Source: Octopus vulgaris (taxonomy: Eukaryota). Taken from it: a stretch of DNA of 64,000 bases. Shown piece after piece: positions 55,901-64,000 of the stretch. The translations under genes and the position numbers were made by a program. The stretch lies in assembly GCA_951406725.2 (NCBI GenBank), contig OX597817.1, positions 106,640,001 through 106,704,000 of the forward strand, read 5' to 3'. Below the pieces are notes generated by a model. It had not been told where the DNA came from, searched no databases, and worked only from the letters and a program-made list of their open reading frames with translations. Within the stretch, counting starts at the first letter, position 1; each line of letters begins with the position of its first letter.

Positions 55901-58900
55901 ACACCCACATATGAAACTATATAATTGCATATACCACCCCTTCCTACTTCCCCTCCAATAGCCCAACCGATTTCCTATCCACCACGTGGTCAATTTCCTG
56001 TTCACCATGCAGTATTTTCCAACTAACTGTTACCTATATACCAACATCAAACTACGACGCTGAGTGACCTACCTTGACCAATCACAGCCCACCTTACGGT
56101 AATAACAATCAACTTCCGTCATTCAAATTCAAAATGGCTGAAGACTAGCATCACGCTTGAAGCTCAAGAGTACCAACGAATTTGAATCAAACTGTTTTGA
56201 CCCATTTCAATTTACCCCACTTACAGATTTTAATAATTGCATTAAAGGTTTACATTATTTGGAATCAGAAGATACAGAAAGCTTGTAGCTGTAGTGAGTT
56301 GATATTAGTAATGGAATGCCTTTAAGTGTTTCTTATTTTAGTGTTAGTTTAGAAACATATTAGGAGAATTTACTTTTTGAAGATCCCCAATATATGGTTT
56401 TTTTAAGTAATTCTTCGGTAAAGGATGAGAAAGAGTTTTTTGTAGGGACTGACATATAATCAGTTGTTTGTCAAAGTCCTTTCGTTACTCTTCAAAACAT
56501 CACCAATGACATGCCTTCTCTCTTCAAGGTCTTTATATATACACACATATATATATATTTCCTGTAGTACTTCAAACGTGATTAGCACAATAGTCAGAAA
56601 TAATTTCACAAAAAATTGCAAATAGACACCACTTGTGTGGCAGTCATTTGTTTACAGTTAGTATGCAATATCAGGGCAAGGAGATATGAACACACACACA
56701 CCATGGCTTCTTTCAGTTTCCATCCACCAAATCCACTCTGAAGACTTCAGTTGGCTGTAGGCTATAATAGAAGACATTTGCCCAAAATCTTTATAAGTCC
56801 TACTGTAGGCCTGAGCTGACTAAAGACTTATGAGTGGATTTGGTAGATGGAAACTGAAACAAGCCCATTATGTATATGTGTGTGTGTGTATTCATATCTC
56901 CTTGCCTTGATATTGCATACTGATTGTAAATGAATGTCACGCCTATACAGGCAGTATCTGTTTGCACGCTTCCATGGAAACATACCTGATTATTGTGTTT
57001 GTCATGTTCAAAGGAAACAGATAAGGTTGACAAGAGTTAAAAAGTACGCAGCTCTAGAAAATCTGCTTCAACGAATTTTGTTTGACTATGGAAAAGTGGC
57101 CATTAAAAAAATATGTGTATTAGTGTTTATTTCATTATCATTGGTATTTAATGTTCACTTTTCCATGCTTGCCTGGGTTGGATGAAATTTGTTGAGGTGG
57201 ATTTTCTATGACCAGATGCCCTTTCAGTTGCCAACTATCACTTGTTTCCAAGTAAGGTAATATTTCCCCTTGACTATATGTCTTGGAAGATTAGAAGCGA
57301 AGGGCACCATTTTGCAAGATGATAACACTCACTTATAATAACTATCATGTGATATCAATGAAGGCAGGAAGGCAGTAACATACACAACTTTTGTCAGCTC
57401 AGGGTGCCATGCAGTATGACTGAACCTGAAATCATGTGATTTGGAAGCAAACTTTTTACCACACAGGCACATACCTACACACACATACTAATATGATTTG
57501 GTCTGAAAGTTTGTGAGTGTGTATTTTGGGGTTTTTTTTTAAGCAAATAGTTTTACAGCTGGAAGCTTTGTCTGGTGCTAATTTTTCAAATGTGAAGTAG
57601 AGAGTGGCACCTATCAGTCAGACAACTGGAGCAATATGAAGGCTACAACAGTAAGGTTTAAACCTTAATCCACTACCTTAGTCTCACAACTATTTGCCTC
57701 TTGTATTTAAATATACATATATATTAACTGAATATTTTTGTGATCAGAATACGAATTGTTATCAGGACCTTCACATGTTTCTTGTTTCTATTATTTCTCT
57801 CCCTTCGGTCATTTTCATAAATTTTACTAAAACAAATTTTTTCCACTATGTATACCAGTTCCTTGAACTACTATGAATAGCATATGTGTTTTGATTTCAG
57901 GAGAAAAACTTTTACAGTCGGGGAAGCCCTTCACCTATATCATCCAATCGGACTAGTCCTAATAACCCTATAGAAGCCACATCAATCTCAATGACCAATT
58001 CATTATCGGCCAGTGGCCTATCACAGGTAATACTTCACTCTATTAGTATCTTTTATCATTTGTGTGTATATATATATATCTTCTAGTCTGGGAGTAGACA
58101 GTGCGTATTAGCCTTTACAGGGGCCACCAAGACTTGCGGGAGGGAGGGTGTGGGGAGAGGAAGGAATTTTCAAAACTGGAGACTTAGCCTGAATGCTTGC
58201 AGCAGAGTGGACTATATAAAAAGGTACCCAAGAAACTAGTGTTAAACTGGGGAACAGATTCAGTCTGCCACACAAATAGACCATGGCAAGATTTGAACAC
58301 AGAATGTAGAAAGCAAGAACAAATATCACAAGGCATCTGATCCAGTGTTCTTCCAGTTACACCAATTCTGGATTTTTTTTGTCTTTTTTTGTGGGTTTTT
58401 TAAAAATCAACCTTGAAAGGAAGAAAGGTAGGATTTGGTCTCAGAATACAGTGTCAGAACTCAGAACATATACTGCTAGCTATTCTACTGGATGTTCTTA
58501 CACCTCTGTCACTGTGATCCCTATATATGCAAATATATTTAAAATTTAGATTATATATATATATATACTAGATATACCCATGTTTGAATCTACATGTTTG
58601 TATATATAAATGTATGTGTATGTATGCATGTGTGAGTGTGGTGAATTTTTAAATAAGGCATATGTGAGGTTTTTGGAGGCTTGGTTAATCTTACTCTAAT
58701 GACTTTTTAATTATTTCTTAAAAATTAAATGACATGCCAGAGATTAGATTCTACAGTTACTACTATCACTAAACTTTAAGATTTAGGTTACAAAATAATG
58801 TCAATATTTTGCTAGTTCTGAAGGTTTCAGTATCTCTTAGCTTTTCTTAAGAAATAGTTTTGTTGTTGCTGTTGTTTAACTCAAGATCCATCTTGGTCGA

Positions 58901-61900
58901 GCTGATGTACAATATGAATAAAGATGTTCCATCCTATTGTATTTTTTCCCCAAACCAGTATTTCTCATGGGTACTGTGAGGGTTGCTTTGAGTAACTCTT
59001 TTACTGTGAAAAATCAGATACATCTATGCAAAATTTTGTTATTCTTAACTTTGAAATGCAGTTTATATACCAGTCCAATTTTTGCTGAGGAATATCATGT
59101 TTGAAACTTTTTTTTAGTGAGATATGTCAAATTTATTGAGGGACATGTGACTTGTAGAAATACCAAATCTATCTTTTGGTAAATTTTTAATATCATTACT
59201 GGAATATCCATGAAATTTTATTTCACTTTTAAAGGGTCAATAAAATTAAGATGGCTTTAAGCTTTTTAAACATGCCTAACTCTATAGTAAAGAAAGAAGA
59301 ATTAGATAGACGTTTATTTTTTTTTTGCAGCATGGAAGGTGTTTATAAGCCATTTAAAAACACACAAAAGCCATTAATTAGATTCACTTTAACATTAAAT
59401 TTAATTTGTCACTTTGAGACCACAACCTGTTCACTGACAAAATTCCATGCAGCACAGAATTTTGCCAGAGAACAGGTCACGGTCTCAAAGCAATGAAAAT
59501 ATTTTGACAAATTAAATTTAATGTTAAAGTGAATCTAATTAATGGCTTTTGTGTGTTTCTAACAGGTTTCATGTGTTTTTAAATGGCTTATAAGCACCTT
59601 CCACGCTGCAATTGTTTTTGTTTCAGCACATGGTCTCAGATCAGGTCATTTTGTTTTTTTATTAATGAAGTGTTGGGGTGGCAAAAAATTTCACTAATAT
59701 TGCATGGGGAGTACCTTTTGGTTTGAGGAATCCTTTATGAGCCACCTCATCCAATATACCTCTACTTTTTGAAGACAGTAGTGTGATCTGAAGATGATTG
59801 GATTGCTATTTCTAACAGACTAACTGACCATGTAGGGCTCCATCAATGTCTTGATAAATATATTATTTGAACATTATACAGTAATTAACAGAACACTTTC
59901 TTTTCAGGATGATCTAGACAAAAGCTTATTGTTTGTAAGCACATCAGCTAGTGGAAGTAAATCTAGCCTCTATGAACATTTACGTCAAGGAGGAGGTGGA
60001 GCTGCTAATTTACTTGAGAATCTACAGTCGCAACTGAAACAGAAAGAAGGAGAAATAACTCAGCTACAAGTAATTATTTCTAGTTCTTTTTTTAAGTGTT
60101 TCTTGATTGATTTTTGCCGTTTCACAAAGTAACTCTAATTTCCACGGACTATATAATTTAATCAAGTTTTGCCAGAATTAGTTGTTAACATTTATGAAAA
60201 AGAAATTAACATCAAGGTCTGTATTTTGAAAGTTTGAAATTTCTGTGTCATGCTGAATCTCCCTGAGAACTACATTAAGGATATGTGTGTCTGTGGAGTG
60301 CTCAGCCACTTGCATATTGTTTTCATGAGTAGGTTGTTCTATTGATTGAACCAACTGGAACACTCATCATCACAACTGACAGAATGCCAGACCATATAAA
60401 GTTGATATTTGTCAAAAATTTTAGAGTCAGTGTAAATGATTATGTCCCAATCCCAAAATTTGATGGTTTTGACCCGTGATAAGAATCAATAATTATACTA
60501 TGAATCTGTACACAACAGTTGTACTACAATAAAAGTTATTTGCTAAATGTTGCAGTTCTTTTATTTTTCATTATAGGATGATATTAGTCAACTTGAAAGG
60601 ACCAGAGAATCTATGGCTAGAGAACTGGTTAATCTTTCAAACTTAAATGATAATCTTCAAGAACAGGTAACAGAACTTCCAGAGATCAAAGAAAAGCATT
60701 CTGTAAGTACAAAAGTTATCTTTTTCCATCCAGTATGCTTAAGTAAATGGTATTTATATAAAATATAATCTGTTTATCACTAGATTAGCAACTTTTATCT
60801 TGCAAGCTCATGAGTGCTGGTGCCATGTAAAAATACCTTCGCTGGTGCCATATAAAAGCACCCATGCTGGTTTCACATAAAAGTACCCAATATGCTCTGT
60901 AAACTAGTTGTCATTAGGAAGGGCATCCAGCTGTAGAAATCATGCCAAACTACCACAAATGGAGCCCAGGCAACCCTTCAGCTAGCTAAATCCTATCAAG
61001 CCATCCAACCCATACCAGCATGGAGAACGGATGCTAGAAGATGATAATGATGATGATAAAATGAATGTAGCTCTCGTAATGATTTGCTGATAATAATGAA
61101 AACTGTTTTATCTTTTACTCTTCTCAATCATTGAATTGTGGCCATGCTGGGGCACTGCTTTGAAGGTTTGAAATTAATTAGCCCCAGTATTTATATTTTT
61201 AAGTCTACTACTTATTCTTTTGCTCTGTGCCAAACTGCTGAATTACAAGGACATAAACAAACCAACATTAGTTGTCAAACAGTGTTGGGCTAAATACAAA
61301 CACAAAGATACATAAACACACACAATGGGTTTTCACACAGTTTCTGTCCACCAAGATATTTGTTGGCCAAGGGCTATAGTAGGACAGAACCTGAAACCAC
61401 ATAGTTGGCAAGTGAGCTTCTGAACCCATGCACCCATTCCTGCAGCTATGTTTAAAGAGGATTCAAAATAGTTCAAAAGTTGTTTCAATAATGAATTAGA
61501 ATGCAGAGTATTTTGGTTTGCTGGATGATGTTCTTGTCAGTAGTGAATAGCTTCCTGTTGGTGTTGACAGATTATGTTGTTCATCTTATAAATTTTGTTT
61601 TTAACAGGAATTGTATCAGCGATATAATGCTCTTTTACAAATGTATGGTGAAAAAGTTGAAGAAGCTGAAGAACTGCGTATGGATTTGCAAGATATTAAA
61701 AAGATGTACAAGGACCAAGTAAGAATAGTTCACATACTAAGAAAAATAATTAAAAAAAACTCTGAAATATTAGTTTCAAATTTTGAACAGCAGTTTTGAG
61801 AGAGGGTCCAAGTCAATTAAATCAACCCCAGTGCGCAACTCGCTCTTATTTTATTGACCCTGAAAGGATGAAAGGCAAAGTCAACTATGGCAGAATTTGA

Positions 61901-62648
61901 ACTCAGAACATAGAGATGGATGAAAAGCTGCTAAGCATTTGCCCAGTAATCTAACAATTCTGCCAGCTGGCCGCCTCGAACCCTGTGAACTATTATTGTC
62001 ATTTAACATCAGAGTGGGCCTGTGATCAATTGCATTTCAGCTATAACCATACTGTACCTTTATCAGGCATTGTGTATATTGGACTATATTATCTAATGAG
62101 TCCCTCCCTTTTCAAAATAGTATGGTGAAATTTGAGAGAGATTTGGCTGCTATTTCTAGCAAATGGAGTGATCCCTGTAAAGGCTCACTGTAGATTGTAA
62201 ACCCATGATATATGCGCAATAAATAATAATCCGCTATCTCTCAAATATTTTATTAATTTCTGCAATTAACTTTAATGTTGCCCAAGGTGCCACACAGTGG
62301 GACTGAGCCCAGAAGCAGATGGTTAGGAAACCAACTTCTTACCACACAGTCACGCCTGTGCCTATATGTTCAACCTGTTTAAAACTCCCTCAGCAGATTA
62401 GCTTACCATCTTTAAAAAGGAAATCACGTTTTTTATGCTAATTTTAATGCAAGTTGAACACAGTAGAGACTAGAAGCAATAATTAGTTAAAACTACCAAA
62501 CTGAAAGCTTACCAGTCCAACAACTTGCTATACTATTGCCAAAAAATTTACAGATGATGTTTTTGTTTTAAGAGGTTTTTCAGGTTAGTTATTTACTAAT
62601 CTCTTTTTCTGTTTTGTGTTTCAGATTGATCATCTTCTGGCCAAATGA
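1092..62648 (+). CDS. TMF1: TATA element modulatory factor 1 (golgin), spliced CDS, 22 exons in window, 5' end outside window
   Basis: Hand-spliced exons join in one frame with GT-AG sites. Recognisable TMF motifs: [20 protein letters not shown] (TMF_DNA_bd-type), [13 protein letters not shown], and C-terminal [15 protein letters not shown]...[31 protein letters not shown] (TMF_TATA_bd-type). Confidence 0.93.
3681..4081 (+). mobile_element. tRNA-derived SINE with internal (TA)n/(TG)n; representative of the most abundant family here
   Basis: A-box-like tggctgtgtggt and B-box-like ggttcagtccc, conserved body cttgggcaagtgtcttc...gccttgtgagtgga, tail gactgaaacaagtaaaagag. Copies in both orientations near 10228-10607(-), 18470-19230(+), 24893-25250(-), 33411-33770(-), 34131-34550(+), 47890-48240(-). 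Confidence 0.85.
4206..4368. repeat. Perfect 47-bp inverted repeat with 69-bp spacer
   Basis: 4206-4252 is the exact reverse complement of 4322-4368. Confidence 0.95.
7679..7950 (+). mobile_element. 5'-truncated 3' end of a LINE related to the element at 43905-47300
   Basis: Encodes [35 protein letters not shown] versus [35 protein letters not shown]; shares terminal gtgcacctgagcactgta and an (ATT)n tail. Confidence 0.88.
7962..11814 (+). repeat. About 210-bp direct repeat pair (7962-8174 and 11611-11814) bracketing the 65-nt exon
   Basis: Both start ttgaata.tttgtaaatgaatttattcatatttttacaac and end gtggaaatgactgtacaggaaa; ORF track shows the shared [11 protein letters not shown]. Confidence 0.9.
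8309..8373 (+). CDS. TMF1: TMF1 exon ([22 protein letters not shown])
   Basis: ttttgtag| ... |gtaagt; phase 1-0 links the big exon to the exon at 32597. Confidence 0.8.
12152..12455 (-). mobile_element. Short interspersed repeat with (GAT)n tail (SINE or RTE-tail type)
   Basis: Near-identical to 21913-22205; body ggaagggcatccagc...ccaacccatgc.agcatggaaa recurs near 5150-5340, 28340-28510, 36775-36960, 42015-42155, 49040-49230, 60860-61060. Confidence 0.8.
12620..13500 (+). mobile_element. Older, heavily decayed Penelope-like fragment (RT thumb to GIY-YIG region)
   Basis: Fragments [43 protein letters not shown], in the same order as the element at 54-55.5 kb. Confidence 0.7.
17032..17258. 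mobile_element. piggyBac-like MITE (about 220 bp)
   Basis: TTAA|ccctttagcat ... atgctaaaggg|TTAA. Further copies near 32833-33060, 35864-36091, 12050-12584 (inverted, split by a SINE) and a partial near 23900-24095. Confidence 0.78.
17587..17753. repeat. Imperfect hairpin, arms about 75 bp
   Basis: caataccctgg/ccagggtattg, agtggagttggt/accaactccact, gt.aacaaaa/ttttgtcaac pair symmetrically about 17670. Confidence 0.8.
18608..18932 (+). mobile_element. 5'-truncated 3' end of a second CR1-type LINE family, inserted inside a SINE microsatellite
   Basis: GC-rich; reads [36 protein letters not shown]...FKASLDLKW; (AACT)n tail. Confidence 0.82.
20132..20915 (-). mobile_element. Internally deleted, decayed mariner (Tc1/mariner) transposon
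   Basis: Minus strand gives N-terminal VIKYL..KGL..KIHADM...[10 protein letters not shown] and C-terminal [22 protein letters not shown] pieces; terminal inverted match ataggctgac / gtcagcctat. Confidence 0.8.
26058..26493. repeat. 131-bp near-perfect inverted repeat with 174-bp spacer
   Basis: 26058-26188 pairs with 26363-26493 with about two mismatches. Confidence 0.95.
26243..26306 (-). ncRNA. Minimal type I hammerhead-ribozyme-like motif (one core-adjacent mismatch)
   Basis: Minus strand: cttgag-CTGACGA-[agga..gttga/tcaac..tcc stem II]-GAAAC-ggcc-ATT-ctcaag; stem I cttgag/ctcaag is perfect. Confidence 0.6.
27110..27567. mobile_element. Non-autonomous Tc1/mariner-superfamily (pogo/Tc2-like) MITE inside a (TA)n tract; a lone end also at about 24114-24186
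   Basis: TIRs taccgtaaatcctcaagtata / tatactcaaagatttacggta with TA flanks. Confidence 0.75.
32597..32700 (+). CDS. TMF1: TMF1 exon ([34 protein letters not shown])
   Basis: ttttag| ... |gtaagt; coiled-coil start; phase 0-2. Confidence 0.9.
33115..33232 (+). CDS. TMF1: TMF1 exon (QLQQSEE...[19 protein letters not shown])
   Basis: ttttag| ... |gtatgt; phase 2-0. Confidence 0.9.
33334..33389 (+). CDS. TMF1: TMF1 exon ([18 protein letters not shown])
   Basis: ttttag| ... |gtaagg; phase 0-2. Confidence 0.88.
34064..34677. mobile_element. hAT (Charlie-like) MITE interrupted by a SINE
   Basis: Ends cagtggttctcaacc / ggttgagaaacatt; a SINE occupies about 34131-34550. Confidence 0.55.
35421..35494 (+). 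CDS. TMF1: TMF1 exon ([24 protein letters not shown])
   Basis: ttttcag| ... |gtaaat; phase 2-1. Confidence 0.9.
36241..36337 (+). CDS. TMF1: TMF1 exon ([32 protein letters not shown])
   Basis: ttttcag| ... |gtaagt; TMF signature motif; phase 1-2. Confidence 0.93.
38552..38637 (+). CDS. TMF1: TMF1 exon ([28 protein letters not shown])
   Basis: tttttag| ... |gtatgt; phase 2-1. Confidence 0.88.
39361..39422 (+). CDS. TMF1: TMF1 exon ([20 protein letters not shown])
   Basis: ttcttag| ... |gtaaat; phase 1-0. Confidence 0.88.
39868..39932 (+). CDS. TMF1: TMF1 exon ([21 protein letters not shown])
   Basis: ttttag| ... |gtaagt; phase 0-2. Confidence 0.9.
40023..40179 (+). CDS. TMF1: TMF1 exon ([24 protein letters not shown]...ESFICQ)
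   Basis: ttcctag| ... |gtaaga; phase 2-0. Confidence 0.9.
41214..41545 (+). mobile_element. Second tRNA-derived SINE family (related head at about 5772-6065)
   Basis: tggctcagtggtt A box, gagttcaattccc B box, body gtgttgtgt.cttgagcaagacact.tattt. Confidence 0.75.
43550..43895 (+). mobile_element. Decayed C-terminal restriction-like endonuclease (RLE) fragment of a CRE-like non-LTR retrotransposon
   Basis: Frame from 43667 reads [41 protein letters not shown]...P*VVEWLLQ*VSQAI, matching the remembered RLE pattern AE..K..KY..L...Y.F.P.A.ET.G..G..A..FL...R...L.QR.S.AI; both stops sit where Arg (CGA) is expected. Confidence 0.7.
44035..46800 (-). CDS. LINE ORF2: apurinic-like endonuclease + reverse transcriptase, 921 aa
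   Basis: EN motifs LNARSL, TETW, GGGV, YRPP, GDFN, SDH; RT motifs [38 protein letters not shown]; CR1-type C-terminus RGH...WNKLP...FK. Confidence 0.95.
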   Translation of the reverse strand: MLSLNARSLCNKIHLFNAYVRSVDPDFITVTETWAHSLLCDGVFNITGYNLFRKDRTNRRGGGVMVYVRSNFLVIPCADLNESQEEVFFCDVRMTMSTLLLGVVYRPPSYHRDTQLCNVLRAAARKTATYVFIAGDFNHPEIDWETFHWPQSANDFVELVLDSNWSQVVTSPTRGDNTLDLLFTTTPEAVINCTTEEPLGDSDHAMIIANLALAGNKNLNHLQSASFDWKRADWNLYHTELQHPNWREFYNSGDVNTILQSILDSIWAACAASVPRKQKKKNRPKRAIWETSAVRLARRERRTAEREYRLHKSDTNRKKRNKSSNHLKQVTKKAVLEFEQCIAANPDSKVFWKYVHSKQRPHSPVGPLRNPHTNQITDDPKECAELIAECYANIFTVESQNVPSSPSLTANSITTMEFTPAMLRRHLQNKRNYASPGLDGVTYLLLKRGRHFLLHQLSIFFQYCLNNGATPEQWKTASVIPLFKKGDRTSPVNYRPVSLTSCIAKLMESCVRETLWNFWSSHSLIRPSQYGFVPNSSCSDQLVEFLEDITQITDSGSWVDVVYLDFAKAFNSVPHKRLMVKLSAMGVGDDLFNWLKSFILSRKEVVTVLGQHSTPYEMSSGVPQGSVLGPLLFVAYINDIDANLKNATVLKYADDIKLYLEIKRTDPDVYNSFLQSDLDTMQQWITDWQLKLAVDKCTTMHFGRKNPAFTYSLHNTDIKKSSCERDLGITVSSDLRWSKHISKIVRKAEGVLASLSRSFVSRSPAIYLKLYTAMVRPHLEFASSVWNPYLAQNIDLLESVQRRATKRIPSIRHLPYSERLVSLGMDSLKLRRLATDLVNTHKVINHLTNNNTEHLFDLHVSNTRGHAYKVRKQYSSHDFRKHFFTLRVAEAWNKLPASVVDCHDTASFKALMLSEIRRNFT
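46857..47267 (-). CDS. LINE ORF1, C-terminal portion (136 aa)
   Basis: Directly upstream of ORF2; [16 protein letters not shown] resembles the RLG...RP.lv.F RRM segment of LINE ORF1 proteins; ends QGN*. Confidence 0.7.
   Translation of the reverse strand: MADLQAFAANSAKDLGCVPPTGAIRLGRPGPKPRLIKLSFTDPTEATSYHLASVKAGRENRTTFRTRPGLPSDVRPKLRVVASLNRNSALQESFSLREDGQIWRFVKTAETWKRDTSWSECSLPTITKKTTATQGN
47486..47578 (+). CDS. TMF1: TMF1 exon ([31 protein letters not shown])
   Basis: gatag| ... |gtttga; phase 0-0. Confidence 0.9.
48492..48546 (+). CDS. TMF1: TMF1 exon ([18 protein letters not shown])
   Basis: ttgtag| ... |gtaaga; phase 0-1. Confidence 0.9.
49686..49787 (+). CDS. TMF1: TMF1 exon ([34 protein letters not shown])
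   Basis: tttgtag| ... |gtaagt; hallmark TMF motif; phase 1-1. Confidence 0.94.
50265..50457 (+). CDS. TMF1: TMF1 exon ([13 protein letters not shown]...EMLEDSQN)
   Basis: Pyrimidine tract then ttgaag| (AAG acceptor) ... |gtaaat; phase 1-2; overlaps ORF 50198..50461. Confidence 0.85.
51237..51306 (+). CDS. TMF1: TMF1 exon ([23 protein letters not shown])
   Basis: tttcag| ... |gtaaat; phase 2-0. Confidence 0.85.
53693..53785 (+). CDS. TMF1: TMF1 exon ([31 protein letters not shown])
   Basis: ttttag| ... |gtatgt; phase 0-0. Confidence 0.9.
53930..56180 (+). mobile_element. Degenerate Penelope-like element (RT + GIY-YIG), frameshifted
   Basis: ORF pieces [58 protein letters not shown], then a YNLPFN segment, Cys-rich CNC..CPLDG.C linker and IIYRAT (GIY-YIG-like); hammerhead-like motif near the 3' end. 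Confidence 0.85.
56135..56175 (+). ncRNA. Degenerate hammerhead-ribozyme-like motif at the Penelope-like element 3' end
   Basis: tgg-CTGAAGA-ct agc atcac gct t-GAAG-ctc aa gag-TA-cca; core has GAAG instead of GAAA. Confidence 0.45.
57901..58026 (+). CDS. TMF1: TMF1 exon ([20 protein letters not shown]...SGLSQ), Ser/Pro-rich linker
   Basis: tttcag| ... |gtaata; phase 0-0. Confidence 0.82.
59325..59611. repeat. Long palindromic foldback / MITE-like element
   Basis: ttgcagc.tggaaggtg.ttataagccatttaaaaacac... pairs with the right arm; each arm has small indels; loop near 59445. Confidence 0.88.
59908..60069 (+). CDS. TMF1: TMF1 exon (DDLDKSLL...[20 protein letters not shown])
   Basis: ttttcag| ... 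|gtaatt; start of C-terminal TMF domain. Confidence 0.92.
60577..60702 (+). CDS. TMF1: TMF1 exon ([21 protein letters not shown]...KEKHS)
   Basis: ttatag| ... |gtaagt; phase 0-0. Confidence 0.9.
61608..61718 (+). CDS. TMF1: TMF1 exon ([37 protein letters not shown])
   Basis: ttaacag| ... |gtaaga; highly conserved TMF C-terminal motif. Confidence 0.95.
62625..62648 (+). CDS. TMF1: TMF1 last coding exon (IDHLLAK*), followed by 3' UTR
   Basis: gtttcag|ATT GAT CAT CTT CTG GCC AAA TGA; completes the typical ...YKxQID.LL terminus. Confidence 0.9.
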   Translation: MDHLLAK

Positions 62649-63495
62649 CTAGAACAGGATTACTCTTCACGAAAATTATTTACATAAGATGTCTGTTCAG
62701 CAGTTGATCGGCATGATGCCATACATATGGATTAACGAAGCAACATATGAGAATATGTGATCCACATTTTACAAATCTTGCTATTTAGAGCAAACAAAAT
62801 GCTGTACATGTTGTATAAAATCAGTGATTAAATAATATGTTGCCATTTGGTATGAAATGAAAAATACGGGATAAAGATTGTTGTACATTTTGGGAAATGC
62901 CAGTATATATATATGTAATTATTTTTTTCCTGATTTAGTGTTTGTGTGTGTGTGTTGAGAGAGAGAGAGAGTGAGAGAGAGAAGGAGAGTGTGTGAGTTG
63001 ACATTCACTTAAGGGACCCTGGCTATTTGTTTTATTTGTTATTTCAGTGCCTCTAGTTCTGAATTCAAATTTTCTTGCCTTACCTATCAAGATGAGGTAT
63101 AACTTATGTGTACTGCATTAATTCAATTGGCTACACTTGTATCTTTTGTTTAATCAATGGACATATACAAATGCACATATTCATGATACACACGTGTTAT
63201 ATATATATCTACTTATATATATATATATCTACTTTATATATATATATGTATATCTGTTGAACATATTTACCATGATTTACTATGGAAGAAAGCTTTTAGG
63301 AAATATAATTTATTCAAAGGATAACTTCATCTTGTTATGAGTATGTTTAAACAATATAAAATTCAGTAAACTGATGACCATTGGGGAAATATTATCTGTC
63401 CTAAATTGAGGAGTAATCTGAATTAAACAACTATTTTGTGAAACTTGCTTTGTTATTGTTATTGTTGTTTGTCTTTTTGTCTTTTTATCTTTTTA

Positions 63496-63501
63496 AATAA
63501 A
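63496..63501 (+). terminator. Candidate polyadenylation signal AATAAA of TMF1 (an ATTAAA at 62827-62832 is an alternative)
   Basis: Hexamer downstream of the stop codon with T-rich flanks; usage cannot be shown from sequence. Confidence 0.35.
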
Positions 63502-64000
63502 CCACATGGTTTTAATTCTGTTTCTATAAATAATGTAGATCATTTATATTTATTTACAGCTACAATATCCTGTTCTTAAATTACAAATGAATTATTTCAG
63601 AAACAGTTGTAAATCTACATTGTGGCTGATACTTATTATTAGAGAGGTCTATTGTATTGTCTCAAAAACAAACTGTTTGAATGTTATGGGCATTTGTAAA
63701 AAGACTTCACAAAAAATCCCACTTCCATTGCTCGTGCACCCACATTCACATACCCCCTTTTACATACACACACATATATTTACACAGATTTGAAATGCTG
63801 TTTGATTTATTTTTTCAGCGTACTATTTTCATCATCCCACTACCAAGTATGACATCACCCCTTCCTTTCTCATTCATAAACACAAGAGTATTATTATTGT
63901 AGATTATCTTGGTAACCATGAGTGCAATGAAAAAATACAAAGCCCAGCAACACCACCGGATCATTCTACACATATGTGTAATTTTTTGTGCAATTCCACG

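Overview
AT-rich, microsatellite- and SINE-dense eukaryotic DNA; the repeat landscape looks like an octopus/cephalopod genome (inference). The window holds most of one + strand gene, the golgin TMF1 (TATA element modulatory factor). I traced 22 coding exons by hand from 1092 to the stop at 62648, with GT-AG sites and consistent phases (about 1345 codons; the first exon lies upstream of the window). The introns carry: a near-full-length antisense CR1/L2-group LINE whose 921-aa EN+RT ORF2 has no usable ATG and overlaps ORF1 in the -1 frame at a G_GGA_AAC slippery heptamer; a decayed RLE-type retroelement fragment joined tail-to-tail with that LINE; two Penelope-like remnants; two degenerate hammerhead-ribozyme motifs; several long hairpins; a mariner remnant; piggyBac-, pogo/Tc2- and hAT-like MITEs; many tRNA-derived SINEs; and a decayed partial copy of the gene's own 2-kb exon. 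Almost all other ORFs in the supplied track are microsatellite or SINE artefacts. Repeat boundaries are approximate and no database searches were run.
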